The notes under the pieces are model-generated. The model made no database searches, was not told where the DNA came from, and saw nothing but the letters and a program-made list of their open reading frames with translations. DNA of 64,000 bases, from NCBI GenBank assembly GCA_002327685.1, contig DCXN01000003.1, positions 6,981-70,980 on the forward strand, read 5' to 3'. This document shows, piece by piece, positions 17,117-27,072 of the stretch. Position numbers and translations under genes: made by a program. The stretch is from Patescibacteria group bacterium UBA2135. Its GTDB lineage: Bacteria > Patescibacteriota > Minisyncoccia > Phycocordibacterales > UBA2135. Each line of letters opens with the position of its first letter. Position 1 is the stretch's first letter.

Positions 17117-18427
17117 TTATTGCGAAAGCAAAGTTTGCAGTTGCGCCTGAAGTTCTTCTACTTGCTTCAAAGCGTCCTGAATACTCTGCTGAAGCACTGC
17201 GCGTTCTGCAGTCTCCCCGCTTGTTGCCGGAGTTGTCGGCACAACCGGAGCTGTTGGAGTGGTCGGCACAGTAGTACCGCTAAACACTTCCTGCAGTTTC
17301 GCCCGTGTCTTAGGACCAACATACCCATATCCCACATCTCCCGAGCTAGCAACACCATATTTCACTTGGAATTTCTGCACGGCCTTTTCAGTCAAAGAGC
17401 CAAAGAATTCTGTTTCACTGCCCGCCGAACCAACACCTGAAGCCGCAATACTCGTATCAGGATCAGAGTTCAGAAGTTGTTGAAGTCGTTTGATATTAGT
17501 AGATGACATACCGCGACTCATTCCTGTACTAAACACCGGAGAAACTACTGACGCAACTGGACTTGGCGTTGCAACAGATGGCGCCACTGGTGTTACTCCT
17601 GTTGAGAACACTGTGAACAATTTCGCCCGCGTTGCAGGACCAACAAGTCCGTATCCGGTTGTTTCTGGCGTACCAGATGAAGCAAGACCATATTTCGCTT
17701 GAAATTTCTTGACGGCCGCTTCAGTCAAAGAGCCATAATAATTTGTTTCTTTTCCTGGAGAACCAACACCTGAAGCCGCAATGCGCGTGTCAGGATCAGA
17801 GTTCAGAAGTTGTTGAAGTTGCTTAATGTCAGCAGATGACATTCCTTTCTTCATCGTGCTCGTAAAGACAGGAGCAACTGATATCACAACTGGCGTTACT
17901 GTTGGCGTAGTTGCAGTCGGAACTGCCACAGCTGTAGCAGCTGCAGTAGTTGCAGGAGGAGTATATCCTCCTCCTCCACCACCGCCGCCTCCTCCACCGC
18001 CAGAGACACCACCACCACCAGTATTACATGTACCAGAAGATGCTGGTGTGACCGTAACAGTTATCGTACCCGTTCCACTTGGCGGACCCTTCAGGATTAG
18101 GACAGAACTTGATGAGCCGCATTCAAAAGATTCCATTTGGGCAGCTGGGCTAACAGTAAACGTCCTTCGGTTGGTTGAAGTGATTGACATCCCAGAACCG
18201 GTTGGCATATCAACAGTAAAATTACCTGAATTTACCGTAATTGATTCTGCACCTGATTCCTTGACTGTAACAGTCTCGCCATTAGCAGTAATTTCTGTTC
18301 CTATATTGAGGAGCACAGTATCATACGCGGCAAATGTGAGAAGCGGCAGGAAAAGAAAGCTTACCAAGAATACTACGAGGGCATATAGCCACGATTTATC
18401 TGAATTGACTTGAGAATAAACTTTCAT
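17117..18427 (-). CDS. Secreted protein with two peptidoglycan-binding-like repeats
   Basis: Signal peptide; two copies of LQQLLNSDPDT...GSLTE.AV.KFQ.KYG...G.VGP.TR. Confidence 0.88.
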   Translation of the reverse strand: MKVYSQVNSDKSWLYALVVFLVSFLFLPLLTFAAYDTVLLNIGTEITANGETVTVKESGAESITVNSGNFTVDMPTGSGMSITSTNRRTFTVSPAAQMESFECGSSSSVLILKGPPSGTGTITVTVTPASSGTCNTGGGGVSGGGGGGGGGGGGYTPPATTAAATAVAVPTATTPTVTPVVISVAPVFTSTMKKGMSSADIKQLQQLLNSDPDTRIAASGVGSPGKETNYYGSLTEAAVKKFQAKYGLASSGTPETTGYGLVGPATRAKLFTVFSTGVTPVAPSVATPSPVASVVSPVFSTGMSRGMSSTNIKRLQQLLNSDPDTSIAASGVGSAGSETEFFGSLTEKAVQKFQVKYGVASSGDVGYGYVGPKTRAKLQEVFSGTTVPTTPTAPVVPTTPATSGETAERAVLQQSIQDALKQVEELQAQLQTLLSQ

Positions 18428-18471
18428 GAGATTAATAAATGATTAATTAACAAAAGTAAACGATGGAAACT

Positions 18472-19665
18472 TTACGGAGTTTCACACAAACCTGCCTCTA
18501 TGACAAGGTCAAAGAAATTATCTGTTTGAGAAGCGGGGGTAGTGGTTGCATAGATCCTTACTACCGCACCGTCAGTTGTTCTCATTTGAATACAAGTTCC
18601 AGTATTTGCTGCCCCAGCGTGGAGGCGCAATGTCGTCGTTCCAACAGTACCACCGGCAGAAATGTCACCGTTTACCCCAAGTTTCGCGCCGATATCAGGA
18701 GTTGAGGTTCCTACACCAAGCATGCTACCAAAAGTATTACCACCAAGGGTTGTTGTCGCAAATGTGTCAGCAATTGAAACAGTTGTCGTCGCGTATCCCG
18801 CAACATCAAATGATAATCCTCTTACTGTAAACGCATTTGACGTCGTCGCGTTGCCAGTAATAATAATCGCATCTCCCACAGCATCACCGAGGGTAACCGC
18901 ACCATTTAACGTGGTGTTACCAGTAACGGTTAAAGTACCTTCTGTTTGAATATTACCTGTTGAACCTGAAGTAGTCGCGTATCCGGAAACAACAAGAGCA
19001 TCAGCGACAAGAGCAGTTGTTGACAGCATAGTGGTAGAGGCATTCCCTATTGTATCAATAGAAAACACTTCAGTTTGTAAATAATTGTACGCGTTCAAGA
19101 GATTCCCACCGTATGCACCCTTTCCCATAATGACAAGTGGCACAGATGCTGATGTTGTCGCGTTCACATGCAAAATTGCATTTCCACTATCAACTTCTGT
19201 AACAGGAAGAGTTGATGTTCCAAGCGCCATGTAGCCAGTTGCAATGGTATTAAACCGAACCCCCCTAGAAGCGCCGAGAACGAGTCCCTCGCTTGATGTG
19301 GTAGACGCAACAGTTCTCCAATCCACCCCATCATAAACTTTGATGACACGGTCATCGCTATCAAAGAAAATTGCGCCTGTTGCATCAGCCGTTGGATTTG
19401 CAGCTTGTGACAAAAGAGTAACCTGGTCATAGAAAAATGCCTTACCGGTTACAGCAAGAGTACTAGTTGCAAATACACTTCCAGCTGTTGTCACATCTCC
19501 GGTTAACGTTGATGCGCCGCTAACGGTTAACGTTCCGCCAGTGTTAATGTTTGTACTGATAGTTGTCGCACCATTTACCATTATTGCGACAAATGCAAAT
19601 GAAATAACGACCGCGAGTAATACTGAATAGAAATTTCTATTCGTTAATAATTTTCCCATACTCAT
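18472..19665 (-). CDS. Thr/Gly-rich secreted surface protein
   Basis: GATTISTNINTGGTL N-terminus; repeated ATTT/ATST motifs. Confidence 0.8.
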   Translation of the reverse strand: MSMGKLLTNRNFYSVLLAVVISFAFVAIMVNGATTISTNINTGGTLTVSGASTLTGDVTTAGSVFATSTLAVTGKAFFYDQVTLLSQAANPTADATGAIFFDSDDRVIKVYDGVDWRTVASTTSSEGLVLGASRGVRFNTIATGYMALGTSTLPVTEVDSGNAILHVNATTSASVPLVIMGKGAYGGNLLNAYNYLQTEVFSIDTIGNASTTMLSTTALVADALVVSGYATTSGSTGNIQTEGTLTVTGNTTLNGAVTLGDAVGDAIIITGNATTSNAFTVRGLSFDVAGYATTTVSIADTFATTTLGGNTFGSMLGVGTSTPDIGAKLGVNGDISAGGTVGTTTLRLHAGAANTGTCIQMRTTDGAVVRIYATTTPASQTDNFFDLVIEAGLCETP

Positions 19666-19865
19666 AATGTAACTTTTGAACGCCCAGAAGCGTTCTTAAT
19701 ATTAGAAAGCTAATAATAACTAATAAAAAAGACCTTTAAATTAAGTGACCAATTACTACAGTAAGGAACGCACATATCTTTTAAAAAAGATATACGCACA
19801 GATTACTTCTCATTATTATATAATCTTACTGTAAAGACTCCTAAAAAAACACTGTGGATAACTTC

Positions 19866-20090
19866 CAAAAATTAGGGAGTCCTCCGACCCGAGTCGGAGG
19901 ATGACCATAATTTTTGCGAACCCCCACACCTTTCAAACCGTTGTTTTGCGAAGCAATATCACTATAATTTGAAAAACCAACTTCGTGAGCTATTTTGGCA
20001 CAGAGCGTTTTTTAACAGCAAAACGAAAGCTACGGTTTGAAAGGTGTGGGGGTAATAAAAACATAGCCGCTTCACTCCTTATCTTTATTA
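19866..20090. mobile_element. MITE-like element: hairpin + 22-bp IR ... IR + hairpin
   Basis: ACCCCCACACCTTTCAAACCGT (19920-19941) and its perfect inverse (20032-20053). Confidence 0.8.
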
Positions 20091-20164
20091 GCTTTCGTGC
20101 TTTCTACTCATAGCAAAAGCACCCCGCCTTACACAGGCGGGGTGCTTTTGTAAAAGTCTAAACG

Positions 20165-20869
20165 TCAATGGTCAATGGTTGCGCGTAGCGCAGCTTTAAG
20201 CATTTCATCATCCGGAATCTCTGAAATCCCTTTTTCAAGTATACTCTTCGCTTTTTCAGTGCTATCCATCACTTCCACATAAAAATCAGCTATTTGCACA
20301 TAAAGATACGGCAATTTTGGGTCATTTTCAAGCGCTTTCAGGTAGTTTTCCTCCGCAAGAACCGGATTTTGAAGATAATAACCATACAAAACACCTAGAT
20401 TGCCAAACGATAGTGAGTTTTGTGGCCGTATAGCACCTGCGTATTCCCAAACTTGCCGCGCTCCTTCGTAATCTTCAATAGATTTGCGCAAAAGACCCAA
20501 ACCAAGCCATTGATTAAACAAATCAGCGTCTTGCCTCAAAAGTGCAATAATATTCTCTATTTTGTTGGTTATTTCCTCTTTCTGCTCCAAAGAATATGAA
20601 TCTGGGATAATGATCCCCCCATCTAAATCTGGTATGTTAGGCAAAATAACCGCATCGCCTCCATCTTCCGCCCCCACTTCAACAATTTCCACCACTGCAT
20701 CTTCCACTTCTTCCACTAACGTGTTAACAGGTTGCTCTTCAGATAATACTGACGTAGCAACAAAGTCATCTCTCACCATCAGGTCAGTATATATAAAGTA
20801 GCCAATAAAACCTCCTAAAGTAAGCACAATAAGTGCTATAAATATGTTGTTTTTGTTCATGTTAAACAT
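20165..20869 (-). CDS. Membrane-anchored TPR protein
   Basis: N-terminal TM; TPR-like LG..Y...AE..Y.KAL..DP repeats. Confidence 0.8.
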   Translation of the reverse strand: MFNMNKNNIFIALIVLTLGGFIGYFIYTDLMVRDDFVATSVLSEEQPVNTLVEEVEDAVVEIVEVGAEDGGDAVILPNIPDLDGGIIIPDSYSLEQKEEITNKIENIIALLRQDADLFNQWLGLGLLRKSIEDYEGARQVWEYAGAIRPQNSLSFGNLGVLYGYYLQNPVLAEENYLKALENDPKLPYLYVQIADFYVEVMDSTEKAKSILEKGISEIPDDEMLKAALRATIDH

Positions 20870-20911
20870 ATTATACCTAACAAATTGATTTACGCAACAC
20901 TCATACTCACC

Positions 20912-20951
20912 CCGCAAGGCCCGGCCTTACATGGGGATAACCTGTGGATAG
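20912..20951. repeat. Truncated REP family A copy
   Basis: CCGCAAGGCCCGGCCTTACATGGGGATAACCTGTGGATAG. Confidence 0.85.
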
Positions 20952-21198
20952 TGCCCGGTCTTCGCATTGCTTCGCGTCCCTAGGCAACTTCGTGCCGGGA
21001 TCCCGGCGGTAATGCCGTCTAGGGATTACCATTCGCATCATTTCGCATGGTATATTCGCACCGATTCGCATTACCCGTTCACGTTCTTGCGCTTATCATA
21101 AATACACACAAAAAATCCCCCGTGAGGGGGATTTTTTGTGACTCTCCACATCATCTCTTTAGATAAGAGGTGGATCACAAGATAGCCATTTTTAGATT

Positions 21199-24100
21199 TT
21201 AGTGAATAAAGACTCTGTTTGGCAAATCTTGACCAACTGTTGGGAATCCAGGAAGTCCGTAACTGTTTGTCCAGTCAGTCGTCTGATTTGAAGCCGCTGC
21301 TGCTGAAATTGTCGTCGTTGAGTTCGGAGACCATACAAATCGGTCAGTCGTTGACGCACTGTTAAGCACATCATCAACACAACTCATGTGATTATCGTTA
21401 TTGAACCAACATGTCTCTCCTACTCCTGAAGGCTCAGCAGTGTCAGTAAGCAACCTAATACTTAACGTTTCAGTGCTACCCGAAGTAAGTGTAGTTATTG
21501 TGTCTGCGCGCAATGCATATGTCTTTGAAGTTCCTGCTTGAACGATTCGGTCTGGGGCAGTCGGATCAAAGATAATCTTCAATTTCTCCTGCGCGCCAGC
21601 ACCGGCTATAGCCGAAGTTGATGTTGCTACAGTCGTTCCGTTTAAGCTTCCTGATGGGCCGCGAAGTTGGAATCCAGAAATCCCAGACAATCCAACAACG
21701 CCCACGTTAAATGACATTGAGTGCAATGTCACGTCACGCCCCGAAGCAGCAGTTAGCTTAACTTTGTAGAGGTCTGTTCCTGCAGAAAGAGCAGTAGTAG
21801 TGGTAACGTCTTCAATAGTAATCAAGCCGCGGTAAATCTTCGTTGCATTTGACGCTGTATCACTGCTTGAGCCACTAATTGTTACCCCTGAATCAGCGCC
21901 GGTCGCGTAGTTACCATTAAGACCATTGTTGCTTCCGTCATAGTCAACCGAGATTACTGCGCCGAACGCGCCTACAGAGCTGTTTGTGTCTTGCGGTGTA
22001 AAGTCACCCTTAACCGTCAACACAACAGACTCAGATTTCGGAACATGAACCGCAGTCGACAGTGTTGATGTCGCATAGTCAAGGTTCGTGCCCAAACCAA
22101 ATTGTCCTTCACCAACCTTGGTACTTCCCTTCCAGATTGACACTTTTTGGTTAAGGAGGTCATTTGTCGTGTTAGATGCAGTGTTGCCTAACTGAAGCGC
22201 GATTCCTTTAATGTCAATGTCTTCCTGTGCACCCGCGTCAAATCTGTATTTCGCCAAGACAACATCTGTTGCTCCGGCTTGCGCCGCTTTGAAGAGAACT
22301 GACGTGTCGTTTGCAACCGTGTATGAACCACTTGCGGCCGCAGTCATCACCTGACCATTCGCGTCAGTAAATGACTCATTAATTGTCTGGCCAGATGTAA
22401 CTCCTGATGCACCAGTGTACGATGCGTCGCCATCAATACCCCACCAATACAGCGCAGTAACACCAGTCTTGATGTTACATCGGAGAGACAGTGTCTTTGA
22501 AGTTCCCTTTGGAAGGACAAGGCCTGTCCCATCAAATGTAATTGTTGTTGAAGACGCTGTGCCATCCGTTGCCGGGTTTTTCACATTTGAACCAGTTGTC
22601 AATGATGTTGCATTTGTCGCAGTACCATCATAGAGCTGACAGTTGGTAAGGTCAGTTCGCGTACCACTTGTGGAATAATACAGCGGAATAGTGGTAACTC
22701 TAATGTCCTCACCTGACTGCGTTACATCAAAGATGTAGCGAGCAAATTCAAACTGTGTTGCTCCCGCAATAACAGTTCGCGCAGTCGGCTGTGCTGAAAC
22801 AGATACCGCAAACGTTCCGGCTTTCACTGTCTGTGATGAACCAGATACCGCCGATGCCGGCGCCGGTGTAATTGTATTTCCGGTTACCTGTCCGGTTACT
22901 GTGGTGAAGTCTGAACTTGGTGTCGTTGATGCCGCGATTGTATTATCAGACACGAAATCGGTGCCCAACTTTGCCTTCAAGATTGCATTAGTAACACCAA
23001 CTGGGAATGTCACAGTATCGGTAAGTGTTATTGTCCCGTTATTTGCAGTTGCTCCTGCGCCATCTACTGGTCCTGCAAGCACCGAGCCATTTTCGTCAAC
23101 CAAAGTGACATTTGTAACATCCGCCAATCCAAGTGCAGCTGCGCTACCTGTCAAGGTGACGTTAAACGCCATGGACGCAACTGAAATTGGTTCACCCTTT
23201 ACGTCAATGGTAAACCCTGCAATTGGCTGGTCACTCAAGTTTATCGCTACGTTTTGCGCGGGTACTCCCACAGTCCATGAAGATACGTTCAAGGTTCCTG
23301 CAGAAATAGTAACCTGTGCCGCGTCGTAATATGGATTGTTCGAGTTGTTCACGTCAGCGCCATCTGCTGCTGCTGCTGTTCCATCAAATGGTAGTAGGAC
23401 ACCGAATCCATAAGTATTTCCAACCAAATGAATGTCAGTACGCCGTTCAACATCAAAGTCAACTGTTCGATTTGACCCATCAATAAGGTCAGCTCTCACA
23501 GAAACATCCTTTGAAAATCCTTTCTTAATCTCTAAGCCGCCATCAGGGAAGACGGTTGTGTGGAACCGTCCATTTATGACAGTCGGATACTCCACTCCAT
23601 CAAGCAGTGTAACGATATTTGTAAGATCGTCACCTGTTGCTGAACCAGATTGGTACCACCTGATTGACCTAAGAGTTAAGTCTTCGGCTGATCCTGCAGT
23701 TAACTTAACACCTGAGAATATGTAGTTGGTAACGCCAACCTCTTTGGTCTGATTCGCGCCAGGATCAAGTGCACCACGCTGTATCGTAACCGATCCAATG
23801 GAAAGCGATGAGTTCACCGTGTGATTCGCACCAGCAATTGGAAGTGTTCCATAAACTGTTGCCGCGGTATTGACCGCAATGACTGCAAGTGCTGGAACTT
23901 CTCCCGCCTCACCTGAAAGGTTTGAAGCAGTATCCATGTTTCCACCAATGATCACTGTTTTTGTTGTCCCCGCGGGAATAGTGAAGTCTACTCCAATAGT
24001 TGCTTGATGAGATGAATTCAGTGTTTTTTCAATACCGATCAACGTTCCATCATCATTCATAAGGACAATACCGACGAATGAAGTGTCAGAAGCAATGCCC

Positions 24101-24822
24101 CGCCGCTCAACAACCAAACTGTTGACGACAACATCGCCGTCAGCGCTTGCGGTCAAGTCAACTTTGGTAAACGGCACTCGTGTTGCGCTTCCCGGCGCAA
24201 GTGAGTTTGCCGGCTGATTTGCTGACGCAGAAACCGTCAAGCCGCTACCAAGTGGTACAACCACTGGTGTAGTCGGCGTTGTAGGTGTCGTTGGCGTTGT
24301 AGGCGTAGCAACCGCTACAGAACAAAGATCATTTGCTTTCGCGCGTGACATTGTTCCGAAGTATCCGGTACCTGCCGAAAGGCCAATAGGTGTCAGAACT
24401 TCTGAAGCATACTTGTTCTGCCATTTTACAACTCCAGTTTTGGTGATTGAACCAAAGTATGATGTTTCATTTCCTGGAGATCCAGCTCCACTTGAACCAA
24501 GCGAGGTCGTAGAATCTGAATTCAAGAACTGTTGAAGTTTCATAACATCATCTCCAGAGCTACCAGATGTCAGACTGCGAGTCCATGTGTACGGACACAC
24601 ACCCGCACCGACTGTTGCTGTTGTGCCTCCTCCGATTGAAGTAATCTGCGCTTGCAGTGCCGCAATCGTATCAAGCAAACTTTGAATTTGTGCTTGAAGT
24701 GATTCAACGGTTTGTGCTGATGCTTTACCTGGTGCCACCGCTACGAAAGCAGTTGCAAAAAGCAAAACCGCAATAACCAAACCGATGATTTTGACAGTTT
24801 TAGATGAAATAATAGTACTCAT
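21199..24822 (-). CDS. Large S-layer-like surface protein with N-terminal peptidoglycan-binding-like domain
   Basis: 1207 aa; signal peptide; LQQFLN...YFG..T...V.KWQ; Thr/Gly/Ser-rich beta repeats; terminator at 21110-21137. Confidence 0.85.
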   Translation of the reverse strand: MSTIISSKTVKIIGLVIAVLLFATAFVAVAPGKASAQTVESLQAQIQSLLDTIAALQAQITSIGGGTTATVGAGVCPYTWTRSLTSGSSGDDVMKLQQFLNSDSTTSLGSSGAGSPGNETSYFGSITKTGVVKWQNKYASEVLTPIGLSAGTGYFGTMSRAKANDLCSVAVATPTTPTTPTTPTTPVVVPLGSGLTVSASANQPANSLAPGSATRVPFTKVDLTASADGDVVVNSLVVERRGIASDTSFVGIVLMNDDGTLIGIEKTLNSSHQATIGVDFTIPAGTTKTVIIGGNMDTASNLSGEAGEVPALAVIAVNTAATVYGTLPIAGANHTVNSSLSIGSVTIQRGALDPGANQTKEVGVTNYIFSGVKLTAGSAEDLTLRSIRWYQSGSATGDDLTNIVTLLDGVEYPTVINGRFHTTVFPDGGLEIKKGFSKDVSVRADLIDGSNRTVDFDVERRTDIHLVGNTYGFGVLLPFDGTAAAADGADVNNSNNPYYDAAQVTISAGTLNVSSWTVGVPAQNVAINLSDQPIAGFTIDVKGEPISVASMAFNVTLTGSAAALGLADVTNVTLVDENGSVLAGPVDGAGATANNGTITLTDTVTFPVGVTNAILKAKLGTDFVSDNTIAASTTPSSDFTTVTGQVTGNTITPAPASAVSGSSQTVKAGTFAVSVSAQPTARTVIAGATQFEFARYIFDVTQSGEDIRVTTIPLYYSTSGTRTDLTNCQLYDGTATNATSLTTGSNVKNPATDGTASSTTITFDGTGLVLPKGTSKTLSLRCNIKTGVTALYWWGIDGDASYTGASGVTSGQTINESFTDANGQVMTAAASGSYTVANDTSVLFKAAQAGATDVVLAKYRFDAGAQEDIDIKGIALQLGNTASNTTNDLLNQKVSIWKGSTKVGEGQFGLGTNLDYATSTLSTAVHVPKSESVVLTVKGDFTPQDTNSSVGAFGAVISVDYDGSNNGLNGNYATGADSGVTISGSSSDTASNATKIYRGLITIEDVTTTTALSAGTDLYKVKLTAASGRDVTLHSMSFNVGVVGLSGISGFQLRGPSGSLNGTTVATSTSAIAGAGAQEKLKIIFDPTAPDRIVQAGTSKTYALRADTITTLTSGSTETLSIRLLTDTAEPSGVGETCWFNNDNHMSCVDDVLNSASTTDRFVWSPNSTTTISAAAASNQTTDWTNSYGLPGFPTVGQDLPNRVFIH

Positions 24823-25829
24823 AGTTTAAGTTGTTTACACATATTACTCAGATTACTTAGTTTAGAGTGATATATGTTTAATACAATTTTTTACTAACAA
24901 TAAATTAGCTGATAAAGGGTTTCGAGACATGCTCTAACCCCGCGAATAAACTTGTGAACAAATTCAGTGTTCACAGCAAGATAATAAATTTAAAGTGTGA
25001 GTTGTGTAAAATGCGAATGAACATTTTACAACATTTGCACTCTACACAACTCACACAACGATATGTATTTCCACTTCGATCACCGCACACAATAAATGAT
25101 TGGCAATTATAAGCGACGTAGAGCGAGCGCAATCTAAAAGACGAAACGAAGTGGAGTTTTTCAGATTGCCAAGCCGAGGAGCTTATACAAGACGAAGTGC
25201 TTTTATTTTCGACTATTTTCGACCTTTGCTATTTCTCTGTTTTTGAGTGGCAACATACCACTCGACCATTCATTAATTTTAATTTCAGATTTAAGATTTC
25301 AGATTAAATTAAATAAATTTGCAATTTAAAACTTGCAATTATTTTAATTTCTTTTCATTCGGTATCTTTATTTAATTGTCAAAGTGCGCGTACCTATTCT
25401 TTCAATCTTCAAGTATCTTAATTCATTCTACTCACACTCCTATTTCAACCAACCCCAAAAGGGTTACAAGTTACAGAAACTACAGAAAAAATCAGCGCGT
25501 ATTTTTCGCATCAATACTTTTCCATTTCCTACACATTATTATAATACGAATACAATAATGCACAATAATGTTGTACAAAAAAACTGTGGATAACTTCACC
25601 ATTTTTTCGCAACAACTAGTAAGTTATATTACCTCAAAATAAAGGAAAAATACCTTGAAATTATATAGATTTGTGGGATAATTAATTTCAGATTTATGAT
25701 TTAAGATTTATGATTTTGGGAATTTTAGATTTACGATTTTCGATATATGATTTATGCCTTGCGTGATGTTTTACGCGTCGCTACCATTTTCGTCTTTGTT
25801 CGTAAATCTTATATCATATATCTTAAATC

Positions 25830-26654
25830 TTAAATCAGCGTATACCTACTCCACCGTCTCTCCCCTATACGACTCACTTTCCCTAAGCGTATCAAAGACA
25901 TAAGTTCCCGCTGAATTGTCTTTTCACTACATTCAGAAATAATTTCAGAAATGTCTTTTATATTCGCCTCACCTCTCGTGCGAATTACTTTTAAAATCAT
26001 ATCCCGACGCACTCCCTTTTTCCCTGTCAATGACACATTGTCACTGTTATTGCTGGGGCTCTGCGAGCAAGACACCTTCTCACGATTAGTCCCCTGTTCA
26101 GTATCATAAAGGACATTTCCATCTGCTTTTTGTCCTTTATGATATTGTCTTTTATTTTGTCCTTTATCTAGAGTGTTTGATACCTCGAAAAGATCTTTTG
26201 AAAGAAAAAAGTTGTCAACAATACTTTGGGTTGATAATTGCGCGTGCAGTATGTCATACAATGTACTGTATTCTGACTGCAAAATTGAATAATTCATACG
26301 AGAAATAAGACGTATAGATAGACCTAGCCTCAAAAGAGACATCGTTTCTGAAAGAATAGGAAGTATATCTACAATAATATGTTCTTTTTTGGTTGCAGAA
26401 GAAGCGCTGGAAAAAAGTGTTATAAGAGACAAAAAATGAACAGCTTTCTCTCTAATCTCCCATTTAAATGGTTCTTTAAAATTCAAAAAGTCAGTAATCA
26501 TATAAAGCGCTGTGGTTAATTTTTCTGCCTTTTTCGCCACAAACAACATTTGTTCGTTATATTGTATTAAACCAAGCCTTGATATGCCTTGTTTGTCATT
26601 ATTGTGATATCTCTGCTTCTGGTTGTCTTTTTGATGTCTTTCATTTGAATACAT
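25830..26654 (-). CDS. Hypothetical protein with C-terminal DeoR-like HTH
   Basis: IKDISEII...SEKTIQREL...GERRWSRY. Confidence 0.8.
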   Translation of the reverse strand: MYSNERHQKDNQKQRYHNNDKQGISRLGLIQYNEQMLFVAKKAEKLTTALYMITDFLNFKEPFKWEIREKAVHFLSLITLFSSASSATKKEHIIVDILPILSETMSLLRLGLSIRLISRMNYSILQSEYSTLYDILHAQLSTQSIVDNFFLSKDLFEVSNTLDKGQNKRQYHKGQKADGNVLYDTEQGTNREKVSCSQSPSNNSDNVSLTGKKGVRRDMILKVIRTRGEANIKDISEIISECSEKTIQRELMSLIRLGKVSRIGERRWSRYTLI

Positions 26655-26840
26655 AGAATTGTCCTAAAGAGAAGAAGGATAATGTAGTGTCCGTTATTCT
26701 GTATTATATAAAAGACATGCATCGTGCATAGTTTACAGTCGCGAAGTTATAGGTTGTAGGAAGTAATACATTTGACCTTTGACAATTGACTCGACGAATA
26801 AGTCACGGGTTAAATGTCAAATGTTGGTAATATGTTATGA

Positions 26841-27072
26841 TTAAATAAAATAACGAACGAAGTGAGTATATTTTGTTAACCCCCCTCACTCGAAAAATTA
26901 TTGACGACGTAGAGCGAGGTAAATGGACGGGAAAGGTCTGACCTTGAGGAGGAGCGAAGCGACGGGAGAAGGTCGGACCTTGCGGAGTCCATTTGCCGAG
27001 CCGAGGAGTTAGTAACTTTTCGAGTGAGGGGGTGCTCAAAAATTATAGTCGCTCCGCTCCTTAATTTTTAGC
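26841..27072. mobile_element. Nested hairpin/IR element immediately upstream of ftsK
   Basis: GNA hairpin, CCCCCTCACTCGAAAA...TTTTCGAGTGAGGGGG IR, internal REP-B doublet, second GNA hairpin abutting the ATG. Confidence 0.8.

Noticed and set aside
236-20951. REP doublets as a CRISPR array
   Set aside because: Copies are dispersed kilobases apart, the spacers resemble each other, and no cas genes are present.
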